64,000 bases of DNA from an uncultured bacterium (GTDB taxonomy: Bacteria; Patescibacteriota; Minisyncoccia; Phycocordibacterales; PALSA-1337): assembly GCA_963701025.1 (NCBI GenBank), contig OY969557.1, positions 170,405-234,404 on the forward strand. Direction: 5' to 3'. Under the pieces are notes generated by a model that saw only the letters and a list, made by a program, of their open reading frames with translations, was not told the DNA's origin and searched no databases. This document shows, piece after piece, positions 1 through 9,514 of this stretch (within the stretch, counting starts at the first letter, position 1; each line of letters starts with the position of its first letter). Both the position numbers and the translations under genes were made by a program.

Positions 1-357
1 GTTCTTGAACACTATGGCCTACTCGACAAATTCAAGCGGGGCAGCGACAGCCTGAGCGGCCCGTGTCCGATCCACAAAGGCAGCAACCCGACGCAGTTCC
101 GGGTGAGCATCAGCAAAAACATCTGGAACTGTTTCAGCGAGTGCAAGCACGGTGGCAACGTCCGGGCCATTAAAGAACAGGGACCGCTCGTCATCGTAGA
201 AGGATTCTTCGATTGCATGAAGCTCCACCAGCACGGCTGGCGCAGGGTCGTTGCCTTGATGGGCAGTAAGTGGAGCGTGTCAAAGGTCGGAAAAGATGGC
301 AGTGTTATGCTCAAACAAACACGCGGTTTATTCGGCTCTGACAAGGGAAACATATAA
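1..357 (+). CDS. 5'-truncated DNA primase-like fragment: CHC2 zinc finger fused almost directly to a TOPRIM motif
   Basis: Frame 1 is open from nt 1. 'CPIHKGSNPTQFRVSISKNIWNCFSECKHGGNV' matches the primase CHC2 zinc finger. 'LVIVEGFFDCMKLHQHGWRRVVALMGS' matches TOPRIM (EGxxD...G) only ~15 aa later, so the RNA-polymerase core is missing. GC-rich. Confidence 0.45.
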   Translation, partial: VLEHYGLLDKFKRGSDSLSGPCPIHKGSNPTQFRVSISKNIWNCFSECKHGGNVRAIKEQGPLVIVEGFFDCMKLHQHGWRRVVALMGSKWSVSKVGKDGSVMLKQTRGLFGSDKGNI

Positions 358-658
358 ACAGTTTCGGATATTCGAAGTATATGAGGTTGCCGCACACAAC
401 CAGGAGAGTCTCACATTTTTTAGTAACTTAATCAGGTTAAGCCAGTCCCATAAGGATTTGCTTCTGGCAGACTCTCATGAGCTGAGATCGGGCCGAAGCA
501 ACGATGGGCGCTCCTTTATTGGGCACTACGCTGCGTATCTTTTGGGGCCAAAGAGCATTCGTCCAGATGCGCCCCCCTTTGCAGGAATTTCACCATGAGC
601 CTGAGGATGAGCTGGTATCGATTTAGGCCGGTCAGAACCAGGCTGGTATAAAAATGCC

Positions 659-961
659 TCACTCAAATGAATCGAGAGAGGCAAAAGTTTTGAGGATTTG
701 TTGTTCTGTAAGGGTCCAATGTTTGTGGGGTAGTTTTGCAACGACTGCCCGGTTGAAATCTTGATGGTGTCGAAGTGCTAGGTTATCACCGACGCAATCA
801 GCAAGAATTGCCAACGCGAGCTGTGCCGGGCCAATCCCTCCATAGCCCCATTCGAATCCAGTCGGACTGTGGTTACGCAGGTCAAACCTGGGATTTAACG
901 GCTGGCCATTAACGGTAACCAGCAGTGTGCCATAAGAGCGCCGTCCTTCATACAGCTTCAT
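659..961 (-). CDS. DUF6166-like hypothetical protein
   Basis: 100 aa with 'RHSPTGFEWGYGGIGPAQLALAILAD', recalled as the DUF6166 family signature. GC-rich like the neighbouring primase fragment. Confidence 0.45.
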   Translation of the reverse strand: MKLYEGRRSYGTLLVTVNGQPLNPRFDLRNHSPTGFEWGYGGIGPAQLALAILADCVGDNLALRHHQDFNRAVVAKLPHKHWTLTEQQILKTFASLDSFE

Positions 962-1814
962 AACGTCCCTCCATTTTGTGAGTTTTCGCCCCGGCGCTAC
1001 TGCAACAAGCTATAGCATTCTACCGAGACGATCGTTTCACTTCCGAAGCCGTTCATGGTTTCAGGAGCAAAACGACCGGCTCGATTGAAGAGCAGAGGAG
1101 TTGAATGATTGGAGGAAAAGGGCGGACGCGGTAGGTGCTACACTGAAGCGAATACTACTAAAGGTATTCCTTCTTGTCAATGTGAGCCCCAACAATGAAG
1201 TTAAATCGGTAAAGTCTGCCACAAACGGCGAATCAGCCGTTCTCCATCACACAATTGGTGTTCCCAAATGCGTAGGACGCGCCAAGAGCCTGCGCGCAGC
1301 GTGCGGTTCACAAGCTTATCGCGTTTTTTGTTCCGTCGCCGATCAGTTCGTCTTTGGAGACGTCAAAACCGATGATATGCATGGAAATGGCTTAATTACG
1401 TCGATTAAAAAGAAAGAAGAGAAAGAGAAGAAAGAACGTAGGTTGCCTTCATCAAACACTCGGAGGTATCATGATGCCATGGGCTTGTTAGTTATTTGAG
1501 GCAATGCTGTTCATTCCTCAACCTGCAATTGATGGCCTCAACACTGATGCCGGAGTGTCACACGCTAGAACAGTGGACTTCGCCCAGAGCGAATCCAAAC
1601 ATCGTCCAGGTGGCCCTCCGGTATCAGTGTACCAATACCCCTGGAGAGAATGATACAAACATCGTCTAAGTCTCCCAGCAAATTATTAATTTCACCTGTT
1701 TAAAGCTGTTAATGGAAATGAGCGGGCACCTGGTCTTACGGACTGAGTCTTTTTTGTTGTATTACTAGTATGATTGACAGCCACGCAGAAATAGTATAGA
1801 AACACATAAGCTGT

Positions 1815-2153
1815 ATGAACAAAACAAATGGACTTATAGCGGAATTGCTTGGAGGGAAGTGTCGATATTGCGAAAAACCCGTCACCAAATCCGACGATGC
1901 CGCGATAACATATTCTTATTGGCAAGGCATGCCTTTTATTTGCCATCGGCTTTGCAAAGAAGCTGGGATAAGGCAAGAGGCCTATGATTGCCAGATGATA
2001 GACGCCGATTGCAATGATTGCAGACACTTTCAACGCGGCCAGCTCACTGGGAAAGAGGTGTGGTCCGGCCATTGTCTCAAATTCAACCGTGAGACAAAAG
2101 CCTACCCAAAAAAATGGACCGGTATGAAGTGTTTCGAACATCGCAGATCTTGA
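1815..2153 (+). CDS. Cys-rich hypothetical protein (several CxxC-like pairs)
   Basis: 112-aa ORF with 'CRYCEKP', 'CHRLCKEAG', 'CQMIDADCNDCRHF'. A larger antisense ORF (1692-2141) is judged spurious. Confidence 0.3.
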   Translation: MNKTNGLIAELLGGKCRYCEKPVTKSDDAAITYSYWQGMPFICHRLCKEAGIRQEAYDCQMIDADCNDCRHFQRGQLTGKEVWSGHCLKFNRETKAYPKKWTGMKCFEHRRS

Positions 2154-2156
2154 TTA

Positions 2157-2190
2157 CCGCCGACGCGTGGCATGCGACGGTAGTTTTTTT
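2157..2190 (+). terminator. Weak hairpin followed by a T7 run after the Cys-rich ORF
   Basis: 'ccgccgacgcgtggcatgcgacgg' is an imperfect stem, followed by 'tagttttttt'. Confidence 0.3.
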
Positions 2191-2367
2191 ATTCGGCGAC
2201 CTTATCAGTAGTGCCAAAAGGATGAACTGAAGATTTATACCTAATAGATGGAGCGTATAAAGCCGTACTGTAAGCAAACACGCACCATTTCGTCTCTATC
2301 AGCAGTACTCGTGATATAATGCCCTCGCATTATCAGGAGTTATTAGTAATCCAATAACATAATTTTT

Positions 2368-2676
2368 ATGTCAACTTCCGCAAAGACGATCACGGCTCTG
2401 GTAGTCTTGATCATCATAGTTATCATCGGTTGGTTGTGGTATAGCGCCTCACAAAGCTCGCAGACGCCTTCCGCGCCGTCCTCTCAAGTCCCGGCTGATC
2501 AGAGCGCTTCGGCTTCGAATGCCTCCGCTTTCGCTGACACCGGCCTTTCGACCTCGCCGTCAGATTCGTCGAATGCCGCGCTCCAGAGCGACGCGTCGTC
2601 GATCGGTTCGCAGATGAACGGATTGAGCTCCGATTCCGCCAATGTCAACCAGAGCGTCAATTCTTCGGGCCAGTGA
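2368..2676 (+). CDS. Signal-anchored Ser/Ala-rich low-complexity protein
   Basis: N-terminal TM 'ITALVVLIIIVIIGWLWY', then an S/A/Q-rich tail. Confidence 0.45.
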   Translation: MSTSAKTITALVVLIIIVIIGWLWYSASQSSQTPSAPSSQVPADQSASASNASAFADTGLSTSPSDSSNAALQSDASSIGSQMNGLSSDSANVNQSVNSSGQ

Positions 2677-2718
2677 TTACGAGTTCAATTTATTATTACA
2701 CATTATTATTTCACATCC

Positions 2719-3582
2719 ATGAAAACCACTAGATTCTTAACCACTTCTATCATCGCGGCCGCCGCGCTCATGGCCGCTCTGCCGGCTTTCGCTCAAGTTG
2801 ACCAGACTGCCGCGGTCAATGTGGGAGTTAACGCCGATGTCAACGCCTCCGCCCGTGGAATACGCGCGGGAATGTATGCTTCAACGACCATGATGGGCTC
2901 GACCACACATCCTTTCATGAAGGGCGAGGGCCGCACCGGTAGCACCACGCAAGAGCGCATGCAGAACGGGCAGGATCGGGGCGATACGATGATCATTAGC
3001 CGCATCAATAGCCTCGGTCAGCTTCTTTCCAGAATCCAAGGCATGGTCAAGCTTTCCGATTCAGACAAATCCTCCTTCCAGAGTTCGATACAAACAGAGA
3101 TCGCCACCCTCACCAATCTGAAGGCCAGAGTCGACAGCGACAATTCCACGACCAGCCTCAAGGATGATCTCCAGTCCATAACCAAGTCATATCGTGTATA
3201 CATGCTCGTCGAGCCGCAGGCCCAGATAGCGGCCGCGTCCGATCGTATCCTCAATATCGTCGGCATGTTCGGCACCGTCGTGACGAAGATACAAGCCCGC
3301 CTTTCAGCCGGCGCCGCGGCGAGCTCGAGCGTTACGATACAAGCGGACCTTGCGGATATTACGGCGAAGACCGCCGATGCCACCACGCAGGCCAATGCGG
3401 CCGTGACCGAAACCGCCTCTCTTCAACCGGATAACGGCAACACGACCGTCGCCGCTTCGAATACCGCGGCGCTGAAGGATGCCCGCACCAAGATCCAAGC
3501 CGCCCAGAAAGATCTACAGGCGGCGCAGAAGGACGTTCAGGCCATCATCAAGGTATTGATCCAGGACATCAGGTCTATCTGA
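2719..3582 (+). CDS. Secreted hypothetical protein (signal peptide, coiled-coil-like repeats)
   Basis: Signal peptide 'MKTTRFLTTSIIAAAALMAALPAFAQV'. Repeated 'IQAAQKDLQAAQKDVQA'. Confidence 0.55.
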   Translation: MKTTRFLTTSIIAAAALMAALPAFAQVDQTAAVNVGVNADVNASARGIRAGMYASTTMMGSTTHPFMKGEGRTGSTTQERMQNGQDRGDTMIISRINSLGQLLSRIQGMVKLSDSDKSSFQSSIQTEIATLTNLKARVDSDNSTTSLKDDLQSITKSYRVYMLVEPQAQIAAASDRILNIVGMFGTVVTKIQARLSAGAAASSSVTIQADLADITAKTADATTQANAAVTETASLQPDNGNTTVAASNTAALKDARTKIQAAQKDLQAAQKDVQAIIKVLIQDIRSI

Positions 3583-4264
3583 ATATATGCTTGAAGAAAT
3601 GGAACCAATATATGGCTGTGATCTTAAAGAATCCCTCTGATTTGAAGCGATTGGCCGATGTCTTCATGGCCATCTTCGAGCTGAAGACTATCCTGCCGTG
3701 CTTGGATACGCGCCTTGCCGTTTCGGTATCTTCACCATAGAAGACGAGATCCGTATTATATCCGCCCATCTTATCGAGGACTTCCGCTCGGATGAAATTA
3801 TTGCCGCCGATAAGGACAGCGCCCCTTCTGACGGATGGCATTTGCAGGATAAGGCTTATGGGATGATATATATATCTTTGCATGGCCAATGATGAATGCC
3901 TGAAAATGGGATGCCCATCGTGATAGTCATAAGGCCCGGTGACGGCCGCTATGTCCTTGCTCCTGAAATGGGATAGGCCGCGAGATATCCAATCCGGTTC
4001 CGGCCGGCAATCGGCGTCCATGTTGGCGATGATGTCGCCGTCCGCTTCCGCGCGGCCCCGTTCGCGGGCCCACAGGAGGCCCTTGCGCGGCTCGTATACG
4101 ATGGTCACGGGGAATTTGCTGGCCACTTCCGTAGTCCGGTCGGTGGAAGCGTTGTCGACCACGATGATCTCATACCAGTGATAATTCTGCTTCAACAGCG
4201 CCTCTATGGCGCCGGCGATGCGCTTCTCTTCGTTATGAGCCGGTATGACGACGGAGACTTTCAT
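3575..4264 (-). CDS. Family 2 glycosyltransferase
   Basis: 'KVSVVIPAHNEEKRI...EIIVVDNASTDRT...DADC' is the GT2 (GT-A) signature. Confidence 0.8.
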   Translation of the reverse strand: MKVSVVIPAHNEEKRIAGAIEALLKQNYHWYEIIVVDNASTDRTTEVASKFPVTIVYEPRKGLLWARERGRAEADGDIIANMDADCRPEPDWISRGLSHFRSKDIAAVTGPYDYHDGHPIFRHSSLAMQRYIYHPISLILQMPSVRRGAVLIGGNNFIRAEVLDKMGGYNTDLVFYGEDTETARRVSKHGRIVFSSKMAMKTSANRFKSEGFFKITAIYWFHFFKHIFR

Positions 4265-4291
4265 GATGTATGTGGAAATATAAGCATTAAT

Positions 4292-5044
4292 CTATGCCTT
4301 CGGCGCATTTCGCGCCCGCGCGTCCTTTTCCCACCAACGCTCCCAATTCTTCGACCTGGTCGTGCCGAAAGCGGCCACCCAGAACGTCTCTACCATCCAT
4401 ATGGTGAGGAGCCGGGGCCAGCCGATGGCGTGAGCTCTTCGGCCGCTGTGGAACACCTGAAGCTTCGGATCATATAATGTCCTGCCGATCTTGGAGAGCC
4501 TGGCGAACATATCGCCGTCCTCGCGTGTGACGAGATCCTCGCGGAATCCATTGACTTTCTCGAATGCGCTCCTTCGCATCATCTGGAATCGTCCAGGAGC
4601 TTCGCCCATGTGGAGGACATTGTTCTTTATATGGTGGACTATGTTGAAAACGGCATAAACCAGCTTATCGCCGAATGTCTCGAATTCAGGCAGGACATTG
4701 AGCTTGCCGGTCAAAGCCACCAGGCGCGGATCGTCCTCGAAATGTTTCAATGCGCGCGTGAAAAAGGCTTCCGGCTCATTGATCCTTGTATCCGCGTCGA
4801 TGAAAACAAGCATGTCCCCGTGAGAATGCCGAACGCCGTCGTTTCTATTGGCCGATATTGAAATATGTTTCGATTCCGGAATCAGTACAATATCCGTGTA
4901 TTTTTTCGCTATTTCAACCGTATTATCTGTACTCTTATCATCCGTGACGATAATTTCATGCGGCAATGTCAAGGGCTTGAATTGAACCAAAGCGCCTTCG
5001 ATGGCGTCTTTTTCGTTATAAGTTGGTATGACGATGGAAATCAT
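4292..5044 (-). CDS. Family 2 glycosyltransferase
   Basis: 'ISIVIPTYNEKDAI...EIIVTDDKSTDNT...FIDADT' is the GT2 signature. Confidence 0.8.
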   Translation of the reverse strand: MISIVIPTYNEKDAIEGALVQFKPLTLPHEIIVTDDKSTDNTVEIAKKYTDIVLIPESKHISISANRNDGVRHSHGDMLVFIDADTRINEPEAFFTRALKHFEDDPRLVALTGKLNVLPEFETFGDKLVYAVFNIVHHIKNNVLHMGEAPGRFQMMRRSAFEKVNGFREDLVTREDGDMFARLSKIGRTLYDPKLQVFHSGRRAHAIGWPRLLTIWMVETFWVAAFGTTRSKNWERWWEKDARARNAPKA

Positions 5045-5637
5045 GGCATATGTTCGAGCTTATTTTTCAGATAATTGCTATATCCCCAGAAGGCCAGGAT
5101 CAGCAGTATGAAGACAGCCACAATGGCCATTCGACTAAGCATGTCGTTAAACTCTACGTACAAATGCTCGAAGAAATATCCTGAAGAAAGAAGCAGGCCA
5201 GACCATATAAATTGTCCTGCCAAATTGACCGCCATATATCTATAGAAAGGTATGCGCACCAAGCCAGCCGTCATGAGTACCGCTATGGATAGGCCGAAGC
5301 CGTTGGATATCTTTGACAGGAACAGGATTGAGTACTTATAGCGGTGATATATTTCACCGACCTTGGCCGTACTCACTTCGGTAACGCTGAAGAATTTGCC
5401 GAAGCGCCTGACGAATCTCATGCCATATTGTCGACCTATTCGATACCAGATGGCATCTCCGACAAGGTCGCTCATCATGAACACTATATAGGCATAAAAT
5501 ATATTTATGTATCCCAATCGCGCCAATGCTCCACAGATCATGGCTAGCCAAGGGCCTATGGCGTAATTGAAGACGAATATGACCGCATACACGAGAATAT
5601 CATGTGTCGTAGCCACGTCTATGATCCATTGAGGCAT
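5041..5637 (-). CDS. DedA/VTT-family membrane protein
   Basis: Multi-TM protein with 'SDLVGDAIWYRIGRQYGMRFVRRFG', DedA-like. Its stop overlaps the GT2 start (operon). Confidence 0.65.
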   Translation of the reverse strand: MPQWIIDVATTHDILVYAVIFVFNYAIGPWLAMICGALARLGYINIFYAYIVFMMSDLVGDAIWYRIGRQYGMRFVRRFGKFFSVTEVSTAKVGEIYHRYKYSILFLSKISNGFGLSIAVLMTAGLVRIPFYRYMAVNLAGQFIWSGLLLSSGYFFEHLYVEFNDMLSRMAIVAVFILLILAFWGYSNYLKNKLEHMP

Positions 5638-5724
5638 TATCCGTCAATTATAACCGTGTTTTCGTATTTATGCGATAAAAAAGCGCGACCGGGATGGACG
5701 CGCGAGAGCGGGTATAACAATTGA

Positions 5725-6192
5725 TCAATAGTGGGCACAGGACGTGGTGAATGTTTGGCGTCCAACTTGAGCGCGCTTGAGATGCGCGATATGGATACGC
5801 TTGTCGTGTTTGCGACGATCCGCGTTGAAGAACGACTTGATACAGTCAACCACTTTGTGGATGATCGATTCCATCCGTTGCTTGGCATAAACGAAGACGA
5901 CACGATCGAATCTGCCTTCCTCTTTGCTCTTGCGGATGATGGCACGCTGGACACTGTCTTTGAAACGGGTGATGCATTCCTTAACCAAGAAACGGAGCTT
6001 CCTGCCCCCCTCGAACAAAATCTGGAAACCGTCTTCAATCATCTCAAAGCGGATGATCTTATGCGTCAGTCCATAAGCAGGCTTGCGTTTATCCGCCTTC
6101 GCCTCGATCTTGGTAGCGATGGTCTCGATGGCTTCGTTGACAAGGCTGGTTGAGGTGGGGATTCTGGTGTACGTCAATACATTGGTGTTCAT
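5725..6192 (-). CDS. Hypothetical protein
   Basis: 155-aa basic ORF. It is divergent from gap, and an acidic antisense ORF (5731-6153) is less protein-like. Weak call. Confidence 0.3.
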   Translation of the reverse strand: MNTNVLTYTRIPTSTSLVNEAIETIATKIEAKADKRKPAYGLTHKIIRFEMIEDGFQILFEGGRKLRFLVKECITRFKDSVQRAIIRKSKEEGRFDRVVFVYAKQRMESIIHKVVDCIKSFFNADRRKHDKRIHIAHLKRAQVGRQTFTTSCAHY

Positions 6193-6307
6193 ATATGCAG
6201 TTTTCGTGGGCGTATTGCGCCCGATTGTTCAGATTGCAGTATACACACTATGCTATAATATTTCCACACCATTAATCCACAGCCAAGAGCGTTAATAATC
6301 TCTCATC

Positions 6308-7340
6308 ATGAAAAAAATCCGCGTCGCCATCAACGGTTTCGGCAGGATCGGCCGGGCCTTCGCCAAGATCGCCAAAGACCGTCCGGAGATCGAGCTCGTC
6401 GCCGTGAACGACCTCGGCAGCCTGGAGAATTTCGCCTACTTATTGAAATACGACACCGCTTACGGCGTCAGCCCATTCGAAGTCAGCTGTGACGAAGAAA
6501 AAATGTACTCATCATAGATGGCCAAGAAGTCCAATTCATCACCGAAAAGGATCCGACGTATCTGCCTTGGAAATCCATGGGCATAGATGTCGTCGTCGAG
6601 TCGACCGGCCTTTTTACCACTTCAGAAAAAGCCCAGGCGCATATCGCCGCCGGCGCCAAGCGCGTAGTCGTGACCGCTCCTATCAAAGACGATCCTGATT
6701 CGCCGTCACAAGGCGCGACCGTTCTCATGGCTATGAATGAGGACAAGCTCGAGACCTGCCGCGATATCTTCCAATGCTTCCTGCACGACCAATGCCGGTT
6801 CGCCCTTGATCGCCATTCTCGATGAATCCCTCGGCATCGAAAAGGCGCTCTTGAATACCGTTCATGCCTACACGGCTTCGCAGTCTCTCGTCGATGGTCC
6901 GTCGCAAGAAAGACCTCCGCGAAGGCCGCGCTGCGGCCCAGAACATCGTGCCGTCTTCGACAGGCGCCGCCATCGCCGTCACCCAGGTCGCCACTCAATT
7001 GAAAGGAAAGTTCGATGGAATTTCTATCCGTGTGCCGGTCGTGACCGGTTCTATCGTCGATGTCACCTTCATCTCCAAGAGGGACACCACTGCTGAAGAA
7101 GTCAATTCCATCCTGAAGAAAGCCGCCGCAAGCCCTCGCTGGAACGGCATATTCACGGTCACCGAAGAAGATCTCGTCTCGCACGACATCATCGGCAATC
7201 GTCACGCCTCCATCGCCGATCTCGCTTTCACTCGCGTTGTTGGGGGAAATCTCGTCAAAGTGCTGGCGTGGTATGACAATGAGATGGGGTATACGTATAC
7301 GCTGGTGGATCATGTGGTGAAGGCAGGGAGGTTGGTTTAA
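6308..7340 (+). pseudogene. gap: Glyceraldehyde-3-phosphate dehydrogenase, interrupted by three frame changes
   Basis: GAPDH segments occur in four successive frames: 'MKKIRVAINGFGRIGR' (6308-6517), 'LIIDGQEVQFITEKDP...VVVTAP' (to 6825), '[10 protein letters not shown]...[16 protein letters not shown]' (to 7096), and '[22 protein letters not shown]...WYDNEMGY' (to 7340). The shifts lie near 6505 (A6 run), 6779 and 6900. Confidence 0.8.
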
Positions 7341-7352
7341 TAATTCAATAAT

Positions 7353-7997
7353 ATGAAAAAAATCATACCTGTAGTCATAGTTATTCTCGTAGCAGGATAT
7401 TTTGCATATGGTTTTTGGTTGAATACGACACTACAGGCTTCTGACACCAGGCCGGATGGAACATTCATCATTAACATCGCGAAGATCGGTACTGCAAACA
7501 GTGATCGATTTTCTACTTGCAATCAGCTTCTGACGGTTTATCCGTGGCAGTCAGCCTATTTCAGCAAAGGCTCAGTAAGTAACACTGATTGTGCGGTACA
7601 AGATGGTAGTAGGGCGCCTTTCGATTTTGGATATGCTAAGACATTTCCTAGTGAGAAGACGATCTTTAATTTCGCATTTCATCCATTCTTCATTGTCAAC
7701 AAACTATTCTTTAGTAAACCCTTATCGGTATGCCTCAATGGAGTGACTACGCCGTTACCTCTTGAATCGAAGCCTTACTTGACAGCTTGGAACTCTGGTC
7801 TTCGAGGCTTCACATATGATATTAAACTCACTGATCAGTCTAAAGCGGAATGGAAGAGCCTTCTGGACGGTTTTACGCAAAAAAATTCTTTTCCAGATAC
7901 TGCTAACTTGATAGCTGGTTCAGATTGTTCAAGTTACAACAGTAATGACATACTTGAAACATATAAAGTTGTGCATACGACGAACTATACGTTATAA
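7353..7997 (+). CDS. Membrane-anchored hypothetical protein
   Basis: N-terminal TM 'IIPVVIVILVAGYFAYGFW' and an extracellular domain with Cys residues. Confidence 0.5.
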   Translation: MKKIIPVVIVILVAGYFAYGFWLNTTLQASDTRPDGTFIINIAKIGTANSDRFSTCNQLLTVYPWQSAYFSKGSVSNTDCAVQDGSRAPFDFGYAKTFPSEKTIFNFAFHPFFIVNKLFFSKPLSVCLNGVTTPLPLESKPYLTAWNSGLRGFTYDIKLTDQSKAEWKSLLDGFTQKNSFPDTANLIAGSDCSSYNSNDILETYKVVHTTNYTL

Positions 7998-8105
7998 TTG
8001 CCATTATCAGACCTAAACGGCATCTTATACGGGTGCCGTTTGTTTTTCTGCCACAATCCGCCGTAACCGGGAGTAGGAATATCTTCCCAGACACCCCCAT
8101 TCTGG

Positions 8106-8197
8106 AATCTTGCTGTGACAAGATTTCGGTGCTCGTGTGTACGAAATAAAGCCATTTTTGGGTGAAGTTTGGATAAAAATCTTGCTGTGACAAGATT
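8106..8197. promoter_or_regulatory. Two identical 20-bp inverted-repeat boxes AATCTTGCTGTGACAAGATT (8106-8125, 8178-8197) upstream of rpiB
   Basis: Exact 20-mer duplicated 72 bp apart. The outer 7 bp form a perfect inverted repeat (AATCTTG/CAAGATT). A TGaTATAAT -10 box ends 6 nt before the rpiB ATG. Confidence 0.45.
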
Positions 8198-8297
8198 CTA
8201 AAATAGGGTTATCCATGGAGATGAGTCCTCCTCCCGCCGCAAATTTGCCGCAAGTCTACAGGTGCTCACAGCCACATTTCAATGATATAATAGCGTC

Positions 8298-8777
8298 ATG
8301 AATACTCGCGCGGCCGCCAACAAAAACCCCATCATCCTCGCCTCCGACCACGCAGGCTTCAAGCTGAAAGAGGCTATCAAATCATTCCTCCATGAAAAAG
8401 GCTATGCCATAGACGATATCGGCGCGCATGCGTACGTCGAAGACGATGATTATCCGGCATTCATGTCGCAGGCGGCCTTGAAGATCGCCGAGGACATGAA
8501 AGGCCACAGCCGAGCGGTCATTTTCGGCAAATCAGGCCAAGGCGAAGCGATCGTTGCCAACAGATATCCCGGTGTTCGCGCGGCCGTGTGGTACGGTGGC
8601 GATCATGAGATATTGAGATTATCTCGCCAGCATAACGACGCTAATATACTTTCCATAGGCGCCGGATTTGTGAATGAAGAGCAGGCGAAAGAAGCGATCG
8701 TCCAATGGCTGGAAACGCCTTTTAGCGGCGAGGAAAGGCACAAGAGACGCATTGAGGAGATTGACTCGATCGAATAG
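8298..8777 (+). CDS. rpiB: Ribose-5-phosphate isomerase B (RpiB/LacAB family)
   Basis: 'IILASDHAGFKLKEAI...RAVIFGKSGQGEAIVANRYPGVRAA' is the RpiB signature. Confidence 0.85.
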   Translation: MNTRAAANKNPIILASDHAGFKLKEAIKSFLHEKGYAIDDIGAHAYVEDDDYPAFMSQAALKIAEDMKGHSRAVIFGKSGQGEAIVANRYPGVRAAVWYGGDHEILRLSRQHNDANILSIGAGFVNEEQAKEAIVQWLETPFSGEERHKRRIEEIDSIE

Positions 8778-8789
8778 CATCCGAATAAT

Positions 8790-9455
8790 ATGACCGAAAT
8801 CATCCCCGCCATCCTGCCGCAGGATTTCGCCGAGATCGAAGACAAGATCGGCCTGATCAAAGCCGCGACGAAGATCGTGCAGGTGGACATCTGCGATGGA
8901 CACTTCGTGCCGAATTTCACCTGGCCGTACAAAAAGAAAGACAATACCTTCGAGCAGATCATCCGCGAAGACGAAGGACTGCCGGGTTGGGAACAACTCG
9001 ACTATGAATTCGACTTGATGGTGGACAATCCTGAAAAAGTCGTCGATGACTGGGTATCGGTCGGGGCCACGAGGATCATCATCCATGTCGAGGCAAAAGG
9101 GAATGTGGCGGAAGCCGTTGAAAAATTAGTCGGCCGCATTGATATCGGGTTGGCTTTGAATATAGATACGCCGATCGATGCTCTGAAGCCTTTTGCCGAT
9201 AGGATCCAATTCGTCCAATGTATGGGTATAGATCATGTCGGCTTCCAAGGCCAGGAATTTGACGAAAAAGTAGTCAAAAAAGTCAGGGCAGTGAAAGAAA
9301 CGTTCCCAGATCTCCTCGTTTCCGTTGATGGTGGTGTATCGCTCGATAATGCCGGCCAATTAATAGAAGCCGGAGCCGACCGGCTCGTCATCGGTTCGGC
9401 TATTTTCGCCGCGGAAAATCCACTTTCGGCTATAGCAGAATTCCAGGCACTTTAG
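8790..9455 (+). CDS. rpe: Ribulose-phosphate 3-epimerase
   Basis: 'IIPAILPQDF...VDICDGHFVPN...VDGGV' is Rpe TIM-barrel. Confidence 0.85.
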   Translation: MTEIIPAILPQDFAEIEDKIGLIKAATKIVQVDICDGHFVPNFTWPYKKKDNTFEQIIREDEGLPGWEQLDYEFDLMVDNPEKVVDDWVSVGATRIIIHVEAKGNVAEAVEKLVGRIDIGLALNIDTPIDALKPFADRIQFVQCMGIDHVGFQGQEFDEKVVKKVRAVKETFPDLLVSVDGGVSLDNAGQLIEAGADRLVIGSAIFAAENPLSAIAEFQAL

Positions 9456-9467
9456 TCAACTAAAGTG
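9448..9467. repeat. 20-bp perfect palindrome CACTTTAGTCAACTAAAGTG overlapping the rpe stop and abutting a TATAAT box
   Basis: The same palindrome in reverse-complement form recurs at 23024-23043 after rplI. Confidence 0.5.
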
Positions 9468-9514
9468 CTATAATTTGAACATTAGATCAATTAGGTCAAT
9501 TAGAAATTCTTTTC

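Noticed and set aside
6083-6295. 70-aa hydrophobic ORF on the plus strand upstream of gap
   Set aside because: It overlaps the better-supported minus-strand ORF 5725-6192 and the gap promoter region. Its hydrophobicity is a by-product of AT/GT-rich sequence.
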